Part shown: one piece after another, positions 11,271-20,399 of the stretch
Layout of the letters: each line of letters starts with the position of its first letter
How positions within the stretch are numbered: the stretch's first letter is position 1
Source: an uncultured bacterium
GTDB lineage: Bacteria > Planctomycetota > UBA1135 > UBA2386
Assembly (NCBI GenBank): GCA_937952215.1
Contig: CALFZH010000058.1
Coordinates: 81,452-145,451, forward strand
Direction: 5' to 3'
DNA: 64,000 nt
Translations under genes and position numbers: made by a program
The notes under the pieces: generated by a model
What the model was told of the DNA's origin: nothing
Databases searched by the model: none
What the model saw: the letters and a program-made list of their open reading frames with translations, nothing else

Positions 11271-13221
11271 GGCGCAGAAGTTACCGCGTTGCGACGGGCG
11301 CCGGCGTGCGCGACAGTGTGGCGAAGCACCCGTGGCAACCCTCTTCGCGGCATCCCGTTCTCGTTCGGTCCTCTCGTGGCTGCGGCGCGCGGTGGCCGGT
11401 GCGCTGCTCGCGACCGGCGTGGTCGCCCAGGCGCCGGACCCGATCCTCGCGCGGCTGTCCGCCGAGACCACGAACGTGCTCGTCGTGCGCGACGTGCTCC
11501 CCGTGCTCGAGGGCGTGCTGGCCTCGCCCGCGGTGGCGCAGTTCCTCGACGGGACCGCGAAGCTGCAGCGCGAGACGATGGGGACCGCGTTCGACGTGCG
11601 CACGTTGCAGCGCCAGCTGCGCACGATCGCGCCGTTCGTGCCGACCGAGGTCGTCGTCGCAGCACCCACGCGCACGATGGATCGGTTGACGCACGCAGCA
11701 CCGCTCTTCAGCAGCGTCACCGTGCTGCAGATGCTGGCGCGTGCCGGCGTGAAGGAAGGCGAACTCGTCGACCAGGCGCGCGCGACCGCCAACGCTGCGT
11801 TGCGGCAGTTCGACGATCTGCCGCTGCAGGCGTGGGTCACGGTGCGTGACGAACGCACGGCCGAACAGTGGTTCGACACGGTGGTCGAGACGGCGAAAGG
11901 CGCTGGCGCCGCCGCGGGCCTGACCGTGGTCGTCGGCGATGGCCGGCTCGAACTGCGGGTCGAACCGTTCGGCGCGGCCTCGCCGTTGCATGCCGTCATG
12001 AAGGACGTCGGGATCGACGCGACGGCAGCGCCGGCGTGGTCGGTCGAGGTCGTGTTGGAACAGCGCGGCCCGACGATCTCGATGCAGGTCGGGAAGCTGG
12101 CGCCGGGTCCATGCCCGCCGGCGGCGCTCGGCGAGGCGTGGGCCGAGGCGCCCGGCGCCCTGGCGTTCGCCCGAACCGAGGTGGGCGAGGGCGCCGCGGA
12201 GCTGGCCGATGCCTGGCTGCAGATCGCCGGCCTCGGCGACGTCGAACTGGCCGATGGCGATGTGATGCTGATGGTGCGGCTCGTCGAGTTCTTCGGTCGC
12301 GTCGATGCGGTCGCGACCGATCAGACCGTGGTGCTGGCTGTCGATCGTGGCATCGAGTGGACCCACGACACGCACCTGTCGGTGGTGGCGGTCGAAGACC
12401 ACGTGCCGGTGCCGCCGTCGCTGACGAAGCTCGCCGATGCCGCGGCAGGACCGTTCCTCGCCAGCAGCGACGCGCTCGACGTGTTCCTGCTCTCGGCGCT
12501 GGAGATGTTCACGGACGGCGAGCCCAACTTGAGCGCCGCGGCGGCGCAGGTCGTGGAGTACCTGGAGGACGAGGACTCGTCGCGCTTCGAGGCTGGCACG
12601 CTGCTGCTGGCGCGCCCGGCCGAGTTCCGCGCCGGCCAGCAGTGGAAGCACGGGCCGATGCCGTTCGCCGCGGCGGCGCTCGTGGCCCGACCGATCGAGG
12701 TGGGCGACGGCGCGGCCTTCATGACCGAACTGTCGACGCGTCTCGCAATCGCCTTGGAGATCGAAGGCGCGCTCTGGGCCCCGCGAGAATTCGAGTTGCC
12801 GGCGAAGGCGCATGCGTTGCGCCTCGATGCCTTCGCGCCGGAACTCGCAGGCCATGGCCTCGAGCACGCCTTCGTGCCGCACTGGATCGAGAGCGACGGC
12901 TGGCTCGTCCTCGCGACGGATCCGCAGTTGACGCGGGACGTGCTGGCGGCGCTGCGTGCAGGGGGTGCGGAGCCCGCCGGGCCGCGGGTGCTGCAGAAGT
13001 TCGACCTGCGCGGGACGACGTTGGTCGACACCCTCGCGGCGATGGCGAAGTGGACGCCGCACGTGGCCGCGTTCGGCGGCGAGATCCCGGCGGACGGCGT
13101 CGCGTTCTTCGCGGCGTGCAGCGCGCTCGCCGAGCAGGTCGATTTCGTGCAGCAAGTCACCACGTTCGGCGACCACGTGCTGCGCGAACGGCAAGTGGTG
13201 AGGCTGCGCCCCGCGAAGTGA
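11269..13221 (+). CDS. secreted hypothetical protein (about 650 aa)
   Basis: In frame of ORF 10993..13221. Start uncertain: ATG 11269 would overlap the divergent gene start by 2 nt; GTG 11332 is an alternative. Signal-like LSWLRRAVAGALLATGVVAQA. Confidence 0.55.
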   Translation: MAQKLPRCDGRRRARQCGEAPVATLFAASRSRSVLSWLRRAVAGALLATGVVAQAPDPILARLSAETTNVLVVRDVLPVLEGVLASPAVAQFLDGTAKLQRETMGTAFDVRTLQRQLRTIAPFVPTEVVVAAPTRTMDRLTHAAPLFSSVTVLQMLARAGVKEGELVDQARATANAALRQFDDLPLQAWVTVRDERTAEQWFDTVVETAKGAGAAAGLTVVVGDGRLELRVEPFGAASPLHAVMKDVGIDATAAPAWSVEVVLEQRGPTISMQVGKLAPGPCPPAALGEAWAEAPGALAFARTEVGEGAAELADAWLQIAGLGDVELADGDVMLMVRLVEFFGRVDAVATDQTVVLAVDRGIEWTHDTHLSVVAVEDHVPVPPSLTKLADAAAGPFLASSDALDVFLLSALEMFTDGEPNLSAAAAQVVEYLEDEDSSRFEAGTLLLARPAEFRAGQQWKHGPMPFAAAALVARPIEVGDGAAFMTELSTRLAIALEIEGALWAPREFELPAKAHALRLDAFAPELAGHGLEHAFVPHWIESDGWLVLATDPQLTRDVLAALRAGGAEPAGPRVLQKFDLRGTTLVDTLAAMAKWTPHVAAFGGEIPADGVAFFAACSALAEQVDFVQQVTTFGDHVLRERQVVRLRPAK

Positions 13222-13297
13222 TCCGGTTGCTGCGGCAAGGCCGACACGCGACATTGCCCGCATGCACGCCGACGACCTCGAACCTGCGGATCACGGG
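13164..13297. repeat. direct repeat, copy 1 (3' end of 11269..13221 + spacer + degenerate start of a DUF4262 gene)
   Basis: 13164-13235 matches 14185-14256 with 2 mismatches. Weaker similarity continues through ATG 13262 versus ATG 14283 (same 1021-nt offset). Confidence 0.85.
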
Positions 13298-13350
13298 CGA
13301 GGTTCCAGTGCGGCCAATGCAGTGCGAGGGTCAACGACTCCTAGGCGGCC

Positions 13351-14136
13351 ATGTCGTTGAAGTCGTCTTTCTCTCTGCTCGCAGTCGCCGCCGTTCTCGG
13401 CGGCGCGCTGCTGACGTGGAATGCGCGTGATCCCGACTCCGCCCCCATGGGTCGGGTCGACCGCCGGCCGGAACCGACGAATCCCGCGGCGCATCCGCCC
13501 GCTGCCGAACGAGTCGACGCGTCCCCTGAGGAGGCGACTGACTGGCCGCGATCGGAATCCGATCTACGCTCGCAACACCTCCAGAAGGCGCCGCGACACT
13601 TGCAGCTCGCCGCGGCCGACCTCTTTCGCACCCAGGCCGATCACTTCAGGGCGAAGGCGAGCGAAGTCGACGAGGCCTCGCGCACGCGCGAGAGTTCGCT
13701 CGCCCAGCTGGATGATCGGTTCTCGGAGCGACTTCGTCGTGCATGCATCGAACGTCTCGAGAACGGAGACGGCTTGCTCGTCATCAGCGGTGATTCGTAC
13801 CAGCATCGAGTCGCGGGCAAGAAGCACCTGCTTTGGGCGGGTGGAGCTTCCTACTTCGGGATCCAGGCCGAGGTCTTGGTCGTGCTGGATCCACCTGACG
13901 AGGAACTCGAGCGGATCGAGCGATCGTTCCTCGACATGCGTGCGGTGATGCTGGCCGAGCTGCTGATCCCGTTCAACGCCACGAGTCTCGAGCAACGTGC
14001 AAAGGCGATCCTGGCCTTCAAGAAGCTCCGGGCGGCTGGTCCGGTGAGGGAGAGCTGGTTCGGCATCCCGCCGGAGATGCTCAAGCACGTCATGGTCGAT
14101 GAGCAGAACTGGTGTGTGCTACCCGTGCCGTACTGA
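13351..14136 (+). CDS. hypothetical membrane-anchored/secreted protein encoded on a low-GC insert
   Basis: ORF with hydrophobic N-terminus MSLKSSFSLLAVAAVLGGALLTW and charged, non-Ala-rich composition. Local GC is visibly lower than the flanks. Confidence 0.55.
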   Translation: MSLKSSFSLLAVAAVLGGALLTWNARDPDSAPMGRVDRRPEPTNPAAHPPAAERVDASPEEATDWPRSESDLRSQHLQKAPRHLQLAAADLFRTQADHFRAKASEVDEASRTRESSLAQLDDRFSERLRRACIERLENGDGLLVISGDSYQHRVAGKKHLLWAGGASYFGIQAEVLVVLDPPDEELERIERSFLDMRAVMLAELLIPFNATSLEQRAKAILAFKKLRAAGPVRESWFGIPPEMLKHVMVDEQNWCVLPVPY

Positions 14137-14184
14137 CGCCACGAATCGTGCGCACCGGCGGCAACGCGGCTGGTGGTGGCGCTT

Positions 14185-14324
14185 GTTCGGCGACCACGTG
14201 CTGCGCGAACGGCAGGTGGTGAGGCTGCGCCCCGCGAAGTGATCCGGTTGCCGCGGTGCGACGGGCGCGCCACAGTGCCCGCATGCGCGTGCGCTCCGCC
14301 GACCTGCAACCCGCCGACCTCAAG
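14185..14324. repeat. direct repeat, copy 2 (orphan 3' gene tail + spacer + start of the intact DUF4262 gene)
   Basis: Contains an unattached copy of codons FGDHVLRERQVVRLRPAK-stop (14186-14242), followed by ATG 14283. Confidence 0.85.
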
Positions 14325-14756
14325 CTGCTCGACGACGTCGACGAGTTCGGTGTGCACGTCGTGCACGTGCCCGAGGACGACGATGGCCCGGGGTTCTCGT
14401 TCACCGTCGGGCTGTGGCACTCGTTCCAGCAACCCGAGGTCGTGGTGTTCGGCCTCGCCGAGGATGTCGCCCACGACCTGCTGAACGCGATCGCCGACGA
14501 AGCGGCCGACGACCGCAAGTTCCTCGCCGACACGCGGCACGACGACGTGCTCGTCGGTTACCCCGTGCGCTTCTTCGCGGTGCCCAAGTCCTGCTACGAG
14601 GACGTGCTGGGATCCGCGGTGTGGGCCTACGAAGGCGACGAGTTCCCGGCGGTGCAGTTGGTGTGGCCCGACAAGCAAGGGCGCTGGCCGTGGGATCCCG
14701 ACGTGCGCGAGGGCTTCGCGCGAGCGCAGCCGGTGCTCGGACGGAACGCGCCGTGA
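14283..14756 (+). CDS. DUF4262 domain protein
   Basis: In ORF 14256..14756 from ATG 14283. GFSFTVGLWHSFQQPEVVVFGL core resembles the DUF4262 signature (xTxGL...PExxxxGL). Confidence 0.65.
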   Translation: MRVRSADLQPADLKLLDDVDEFGVHVVHVPEDDDGPGFSFTVGLWHSFQQPEVVVFGLAEDVAHDLLNAIADEAADDRKFLADTRHDDVLVGYPVRFFAVPKSCYEDVLGSAVWAYEGDEFPAVQLVWPDKQGRWPWDPDVREGFARAQPVLGRNAP

Positions 14757-14935
14757 GCCGATCGAACGCGCAGCGCCTGGCGGCCGGCTGGTTCCTCGGC
14801 GCCATCCTGTGCGCGGCAGCGGTGTTCGCGTGCCTGCGCGGCGCCGGGCGGTTCGTGCTGCCGCTCGTGTTGCTGGCGCTGCTCGGCTACGGCGTGCGGC
14901 AGTTCGTTCGCGCGCTGCGCGCACCGGTCGACTGA
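14753..14935 (+). CDS. small two-TM membrane protein (60 aa)
   Basis: GTG 14753 overlaps the upstream TGA (GTGA). VSRSNAQRLAAGWFLGAILCAAAVFACLRGAGRFVLPLVLLALLGYGV has two hydrophobic spans. Confidence 0.45.
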   Translation: MSRSNAQRLAAGWFLGAILCAAAVFACLRGAGRFVLPLVLLALLGYGVRQFVRALRAPVD

Positions 14936-14976
14936 GCGCCCTTTGCAACGACAGAGCCCGCGGTCAGGATGGGCCC

Positions 14977-15615
14977 ATGAGCGAACGCGTCGAGGCGGCC
15001 TACGACGACTGGTCGACGAGCTACGACCGGGATCCGAACCGCACGCGTGATCTCGATGCCGAGGTCGTGCGCACCGTGTTCGCCGGGCGGCGCTTCGGCG
15101 TCGTCGTCGAAGCCGGATGCGGTACGGGCAAGAACACGGCGAGCTACGCGGCGATCGCCGGCGCCGTGCACGCGTTCGACAGCTCGGCCGGCATGTTGGC
15201 GCAGGCGCGGGCGAAGGTCGGTGCGGCACACGTGACGTTCGCGCCCGGCGACGTGACGCGGCACTGGCCGTTCGCGGACCGCATCGCCGACCTCGTCGCC
15301 TTCGATCTGGTGCTCGAACACGTCGACGACCTGCGTCCGGCATTCGCGGAGGCGGCGCGCGTGCTGAGGGCTGGCGGCGAGCTGTTCGTCTGCGAGTTCC
15401 ACCCGTTCCGCCAGTACGCCGGCAAGCACGCGAACTTCCAGCGCGGGGCGGCCGTCGTCGACGTGCCGTTCTTCGTGCACCACGTCTCCGACTTCACGGG
15501 TGCTGCGGCTGCGGCCGGCCTGCGCCTGGCGGAGCTGCGCGAATGGTGGCACGCGGAGGACGTCGGCAAGCCACCGCGCCTGCTGTCGCTGCGATTCTCG
15601 CGACCTTCGGAATGA
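14977..15615 (+). CDS. class I SAM-dependent methyltransferase
   Basis: From ATG 14977 in ORF 14809..15615. Motif I VVEAGCGTGKNT, post-I FDSSAGML, and LRAGGELFVCEFHP. Confidence 0.8.
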   Translation: MSERVEAAYDDWSTSYDRDPNRTRDLDAEVVRTVFAGRRFGVVVEAGCGTGKNTASYAAIAGAVHAFDSSAGMLAQARAKVGAAHVTFAPGDVTRHWPFADRIADLVAFDLVLEHVDDLRPAFAEAARVLRAGGELFVCEFHPFRQYAGKHANFQRGAAVVDVPFFVHHVSDFTGAAAAAGLRLAELREWWHAEDVGKPPRLLSLRFSRPSE

Positions 15616-15660
15616 CCTGGACCGTGCGTCCGCCTATCCTCGGCCGTGGAGGTGGATGCG

Positions 15661-15927
15661 ATGCAGAACTGGTTCCCGTTCTTCTCGATGATGTTCTGGT
15701 TCGTGACCAAGGTGACGGGCCTCGGCCTCGCCTACGTCGGCGTGCAGGTGCTGGTCCTGCAGGTCTCGGTCGGCTTTACGATCACGGGCTTCCTGTTCGG
15801 CGCCCTGGTGCCGCTCGCGCTCGGCGCCCTGATGCTGCTGACCGAGATCGTGTTCGATCTCGGGACCGCCGAGATGAAGTCGCGGCACGCGACCGAGATG
15901 AAGTCGCGGAACGCGACCGTGAAGTAG
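15661..15927 (+). CDS. small membrane protein with tandemly repeated C-terminal tail
   Basis: ATG 15661 preceded by GGAGG (15648-15652). MQNWFPFFSMMFWFVTKVTGLGLAYVGVQVLVL... has 2-3 TM spans. Tail is EMKSRHAT-EMKSRNAT. Confidence 0.5.
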   Translation: MQNWFPFFSMMFWFVTKVTGLGLAYVGVQVLVLQVSVGFTITGFLFGALVPLALGALMLLTEIVFDLGTAEMKSRHATEMKSRNATVK

Positions 15928-15954
15928 GCGCGAGGCGGCTCCCGGCACGTCCCG

Positions 15955-16521
15955 ATGGCGAACGACTCTCGCACCACGGAACACGCCGCGAGTCGTCCAT
16001 GCACGATCGAGCTGCGCCTGCGCGAAATGGCGCAGCTGTTCGACTCGTTCGACCCGGCGCCATTCCACGAGAAGGACCTCGACCGCGATGCCGAGGAGTT
16101 CATCGTGTCGTGGGCGCTCGAGCATCCGCCGGACGTGGCGCTGTTGTTCCGCCTGCACCTGCCGCGCGACCAGCAGCGGCTGCAGCCCGAGCGCGTCGTA
16201 CAGGAGGCGATCCGCAACTACTTCGACTACCGCAGCAGCATCGCCCGGCTCGAAGTGCGGCGCACGCTCCAGCACGGCCGCCAGAGTCTCGGCGTCGGCC
16301 TGACGTTCCTGGTCGTGTGCATCGCGTTGCGCGAGCTGTGGAGCTCGCTCGGCGTCGCCGAATGGGGGCGCATCGTCGAGGAGGGGCTGCTGATCATCGG
16401 CTGGGTGGCGATGTGGAAGCCGCTCGAGCTTCTGCTCTACGAATGGCGGCCCGTGCAGCGGCGTCGGCGTACCTACGACAACCTGAGCCGCATGCGCGTC
16501 GAGGTGCACTACTCCGACTGA
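15955..16521 (+). CDS. hypothetical membrane protein (soluble N-domain + 2 C-terminal TM helices)
   Basis: ORF 15955..16521 with balanced composition. TM spans LGVGLTFLVVCIALRELW and GLLIIGWVAMWKPLELLLY. Confidence 0.55.
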   Translation: MANDSRTTEHAASRPCTIELRLREMAQLFDSFDPAPFHEKDLDRDAEEFIVSWALEHPPDVALLFRLHLPRDQQRLQPERVVQEAIRNYFDYRSSIARLEVRRTLQHGRQSLGVGLTFLVVCIALRELWSSLGVAEWGRIVEEGLLIIGWVAMWKPLELLLYEWRPVQRRRRTYDNLSRMRVEVHYSD

Positions 16522-16531
16522 GCGCCCCGGA

Positions 16532-16554
16532 CGCCAGGCAGAACGCGCCTGGCG
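16532..16554. terminator. hairpin between convergent genes (possible bidirectional terminator)
   Basis: CGCCAGGC (16532-16539), loop AGAACGC, GCCTGGCG (16547-16554). Sits in the 36-nt gap between the stops at 16521 and 16558. Confidence 0.35.
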
Positions 16555-16557
16555 GCG

Positions 16558-16818
16558 TCAGCAGTTCTCCATCTCGAGGATGTGGTAGCCGCGCGCCGTG
16601 ATCGAACTCACGACCGCCGGCGTCGCCTGCTCGACGTGGCAGAAGCGGCACTCGCGGGCGCCGAGGATCGCGCCGGTCTCGCCCTTGCTCTGCAGGTAGG
16701 CGCGGCCATGGCCGAGGATGGTCGGCATGTCCTTCTGCGTGTCGGGGACCAGGATGTCGAAGTGCATCACGCGGCCGTCGGCGCGGCGAACGTAGGTGTC
16801 GTAGACGGATACCTTCAT
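16558..16818 (-). CDS. DUF2024-like small protein (86 aa)
   Basis: Tail of ORF 16558..17049 from ATG 16818: MKVSVYDTYVRRADGRVMHFDILVPD...CRFCHVEQATPAVVSSITARGYHILEMENC. Confidence 0.6.
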   Translation of the reverse strand: MKVSVYDTYVRRADGRVMHFDILVPDTQKDMPTILGHGRAYLQSKGETGAILGARECRFCHVEQATPAVVSSITARGYHILEMENC

Positions 16819-16909
16819 GGCGATGGGCGGGCATGCTGGCGCGCGTCGCCGCGAACGTCCAGCGGCTGTCGGCGTCGGGTTGCCGCCTTGCGCGCGAGCG
16901 CGCCGTCGG

Positions 16910-18010
16910 TCAGCCGCGCAGCGCGGCCTGGGCGATCTTGCGCGCCATGGCCGAGGGCTCGAGGTCGTCGCGGTTGCAGAGCACCACGACGACGAGGTCC
17001 GCCGCCGGCACGCGCAGCAGCTCGGCGCGGTAGGCGGCCCAGGCGCCACCGTGGGACACGCACGGCGTGCCTTCGAGGTCGCCGAACATGAGCCCGGCGC
17101 CGTAGTCGATCGCCGAGCCGTCGTCGAGCTTGCCCGGCTGGCGCATGGCGGCGAGCAGCTTCTCGCCCCCGACCGTGCCGGTCGTGAAGTTGCGTGCCCA
17201 CTTCAGTAGATCGCCGACCGTCGTCATCACCGCGCCGTCGCCGGTCTGCTCCCAGTTGCTGAAGTTCCAGCGCCAGCCGCCGCCGCGCGCGCGCGAGTAG
17301 CTGAGGGCGCGGCCCGGCACGAGCTGCGTGCAATCGACGTGCACGTGCGTGTGCTGCATGCCGAGTGGTTCGAACAGGCGCTTCTGCGCGAACGCGGCCA
17401 GCGTGAGACCGCACGCGCGCTCGACCACGGTCGAGAGCAGGAAGTAGTTGCTGTTCGAGTAGGCCCACTTGGTGCCCGTCGCGAAGTCGAGCTTCTCGAC
17501 CTTGCCCAGCGCGCTCAGCGCGTCCTCGGCCGTGGTGCGGTCTTCGAGGTGGTGCGGCGCGTCCGCGCCGACCATCAGGTTGATGTAGTCCGGGATGCCG
17601 CTCGTGTGCAGCATCAGGTGCCGCAACGTCACCGGCGTGAAGCACGGCGGCAGTTCCTTCACGTGCTTGCGAAGGCCGTCGCCGAGCGCCAGCGCGCCGT
17701 CCTGTTCGAGCAGCAACAGGCTGGCGGCGGTGAACTGCTTGCTCGTCGAGCCGATGTCGAGCACCGAGTCGACCTGCAGCGGCACCGCGCGCTCGAGGTC
17801 GGCCTGGCCGTAGGCGCGCTGGTGCAGCACGTGCTGGCCGCGGGCGACGAGAACGACCGCGCCGGGTGAGTTCGGACGTTCCGTCGCGCGCATCAGCCGC
17901 GCGATCTGTTGCGCCAGCGGATCGGCGGGCGGTTCTTGCGCGAGGACCGAAGCGAACGGAAGGCAGGAGAGCGCGAGCCAGTGCGCGCGCAGGGTGGCGA
18001 TGGTCGGCAT
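16910..18010 (-). CDS. serine hydrolase, beta-lactamase/class-C-like esterase family
   Basis: Signal peptide MPTIATLRAHWLALSCLPFASVLAQ. SxxK motif STSKQF, YxN motif YSN, HGG in place of KTG. Confidence 0.85.
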   Translation of the reverse strand: MPTIATLRAHWLALSCLPFASVLAQEPPADPLAQQIARLMRATERPNSPGAVVLVARGQHVLHQRAYGQADLERAVPLQVDSVLDIGSTSKQFTAASLLLLEQDGALALGDGLRKHVKELPPCFTPVTLRHLMLHTSGIPDYINLMVGADAPHHLEDRTTAEDALSALGKVEKLDFATGTKWAYSNSNYFLLSTVVERACGLTLAAFAQKRLFEPLGMQHTHVHVDCTQLVPGRALSYSRARGGGWRWNFSNWEQTGDGAVMTTVGDLLKWARNFTTGTVGGEKLLAAMRQPGKLDDGSAIDYGAGLMFGDLEGTPCVSHGGAWAAYRAELLRVPAADLVVVVLCNRDDLEPSAMARKIAQAALRG

Positions 18011-18079
18011 GGCGAGCGGTGCGCGGCCGATCCTACCGGTGCGGCCTCGGCGGCGGGCCTGCTGCTGCGGCGTGGCGCG

Positions 18080-19285
18080 TCACCGCGCGACGAGGCGCGC
18101 CCGGTTCGGCCGTTGGTCGTCGCCAGCGCACCAGAGCCGGACGCCCTCGTCGGTCACACGCACGCGGATCGGGCCGTCGCCGAGCGGATCGCGCACCGGC
18201 GGCAGGTCGCGTCCGAGGTGGCGATCGACCGCCATGCGCAACAGGCGCAGACTGGCGATCCCCTCACGGAGGCAGCTTTCGGCGTTGGCGAGGTTGGGCA
18301 CGCAGTTGGCGGCCAGCGGGTTGTCGCCGTTGGCGATCGTGGCGCACTCCTGTTCGATCAGCGCCTGCCGTTGCGGCCAAGGCAGTTGGCGGGTGCGCGC
18401 CAGCTCGGCCGCGAGGTCGGCCACGCGGTCGAAGGCGTCGGCGACCATCCACTGCTCCGAGAACAGGAACCGCCATGGCGCGCGCGTCGCGCCGTCGCCG
18501 CTCGCTGGCTGGCTGCGCAGGGCGCGCGCCAGGAACAGCAGCTCGGCGTCCTGGTCGAGCCACGGCGGCAGGCTGCGGTCGATGCGCTCGAGCCCGTCCG
18601 CGAGCAGCGACAACGCGTCCTGGTCGAGCCGCGCGAGGGCCGGCTCCGGCCAGGCTTCACCGCTGCCGATCGTGAGCATCGCGACGCCGATCATCTGCTG
18701 GATGAGCGTGCCGTGACGCGCGATGTCGGCCCCGAACGCCGCCGCATCGAGCGTGTGTTGCACGGCCTCGACGCCGCGGCCTTCGTGCCGTGCGGCGCGC
18801 GCCGCGAACACCGCGGCGTTCGCGACCCAGCGGCACGACAGCAGGCCGTTGACGCCCGTTGGCGCGCCGTCGATCGGCTGCAGCGGCGGCATCGCGCGTT
18901 CGGCGTGAGCACCGGCGCGCAGTGCGTCGACGACTGGCTGCCAGCGTGCGCGCAACTCGCCCGTCTGCTCGGCGACTTCGGCGTCGCTTCGGCGCAGCGT
19001 GGCGACCAACGCGTCGTTGTCGGCGCGCAGCAACTCGGCGGCACGCGACGTCGCGAGGTCGTAGTGGTCGAAGGCGTTGCCCGGCGCCACTTCGCCCCAG
19101 GCGACCGGCCGTGCGAACGAACGTGCGTTCCAGGCCGCCTGCAGTTCGCGCACCCGTGCGTCCATGCCGCGCTGGATGGCGTCGTTGCGCTCTTGCACGA
19201 ACGCGGCGCTGCCCAGCAGGACGGCGAGCGAGGCGATGATCCCCAAGAGAACGAGGCGCCGTGGCCTGTTGGAGACGGGCAGCAT
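18080..19285 (-). CDS. hypothetical membrane-anchored helical protein
   Basis: In ORF 18080..19531 from ATG 19285. N-terminal anchor MLPVSNRPRRLVLLGIIASLAVLLGSAAF. No family recognised. Confidence 0.5.
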   Translation of the reverse strand: MLPVSNRPRRLVLLGIIASLAVLLGSAAFVQERNDAIQRGMDARVRELQAAWNARSFARPVAWGEVAPGNAFDHYDLATSRAAELLRADNDALVATLRRSDAEVAEQTGELRARWQPVVDALRAGAHAERAMPPLQPIDGAPTGVNGLLSCRWVANAAVFAARAARHEGRGVEAVQHTLDAAAFGADIARHGTLIQQMIGVAMLTIGSGEAWPEPALARLDQDALSLLADGLERIDRSLPPWLDQDAELLFLARALRSQPASGDGATRAPWRFLFSEQWMVADAFDRVADLAAELARTRQLPWPQRQALIEQECATIANGDNPLAANCVPNLANAESCLREGIASLRLLRMAVDRHLGRDLPPVRDPLGDGPIRVRVTDEGVRLWCAGDDQRPNRARLVAR

Positions 19286-19364
19286 GTGCGGCGTATCGGC
19301 CCTGGGGGCGGGCGGTCGTGCGACGAACGGGAACTCCCGATCGGGTGGGGTCCGCAGGCGCGGT

Positions 19365-20399
19365 ATGACACCCCTCGTGGTGTTGGCGTCGTCGATCTCG
19401 CGTGACCGGGCGCTTGCCGCGCTCGCCGAGGATCCGTTCCGTCCGGCGTGGTGGGCGCGAAGTGGACTGCTGCAAACGCTCGCGGCGCTGCGTGCGCCGC
19501 GCGTGGCGGCCGTGGCATCCGAGATCTGCACGACGCCCGACGACGACGAGTTGCACGTGCACTTCGGTCCGGGCGGCGACAGCTCGTCGCGCGCGCCGGT
19601 CGTGCTCCTGCTGCACGGACTCGAGGGCAGCCGCGAGTCGTCGTACGTGCGCGAGACGATGCGCCGCGCCGCCGGCAGCGGTTGGCGGACCGTGGCGCTC
19701 GAGTTCCGCTCGTGCGGCGGGCGTGCGAACCGGGCGCGTCGCTCCTACCACAGCGGCGAGACCACCGACCTCGCGTTCGTCGTGGCGAAGCTCGCCGCGC
19801 GCTTCCCTGGCGCCTCGCTCGGCATCGTCGGCTGGTCGCTGGGCGCCAACGTGCTGCTGAAGTGGCTCGGCGAAGTCGGCGACAAAGCGCCGCCCGAACT
19901 CGTCGCCGCGGTCGCGGTGTCCGCCCCGTTCGACCTCGCGGTCGGCGCCGATCGCTGCGATCGTTACCTCGGCGGCGTGATCGCGCGGCACTTCCTGCGC
20001 ACGTTGATCCCGAAGGCGATCGCGAAGGCGGCGCGGTTCCCCGGCTACTGCGACGTCGCCGCGGTGCGCGCGTGCCGCACGCTGCGCGGCTTCGACGACC
20101 TCGTCACGGCTCCGGTGCACGGACTGCGCGACGCCGCGCACTACTACCGCACGCAGAGCAGCGGTCCGTTCCTGCCGGCGATCCGGCGCCCGGTGCTGCT
20201 GCTGTCGGCCGCCGACGATCCGCTGTCGCGGCCCGACGTGCTGCCGCATGCGGCGGTCGCGGCGTCGCCGTTCCTGGTGCCGTGCTTCCCGGCGCACGGC
20301 GGGCACGTGGGGTTCGTTGCGGGTGGAACGCCGTGGCGGCCGCGTCGCTGGGCGGAGGCCTGCGCCGAGCGGTTCCTCGGGCTGCACTTCGGGGGGTGA
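19365..20399 (+). CDS. alpha/beta hydrolase (YheT/ABHD1-3-like)
   Basis: From ATG 19365 in ORF 19077..20399. VVLLLHGLEGSRESSY, nucleophile elbow GWSLGAN, C-terminal GGHVGF. Confidence 0.75.
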   Translation: MTPLVVLASSISRDRALAALAEDPFRPAWWARSGLLQTLAALRAPRVAAVASEICTTPDDDELHVHFGPGGDSSSRAPVVLLLHGLEGSRESSYVRETMRRAAGSGWRTVALEFRSCGGRANRARRSYHSGETTDLAFVVAKLAARFPGASLGIVGWSLGANVLLKWLGEVGDKAPPELVAAVAVSAPFDLAVGADRCDRYLGGVIARHFLRTLIPKAIAKAARFPGYCDVAAVRACRTLRGFDDLVTAPVHGLRDAAHYYRTQSSGPFLPAIRRPVLLLSAADDPLSRPDVLPHAAVAASPFLVPCFPAHGGHVGFVAGGTPWRPRRWAEACAERFLGLHFGG

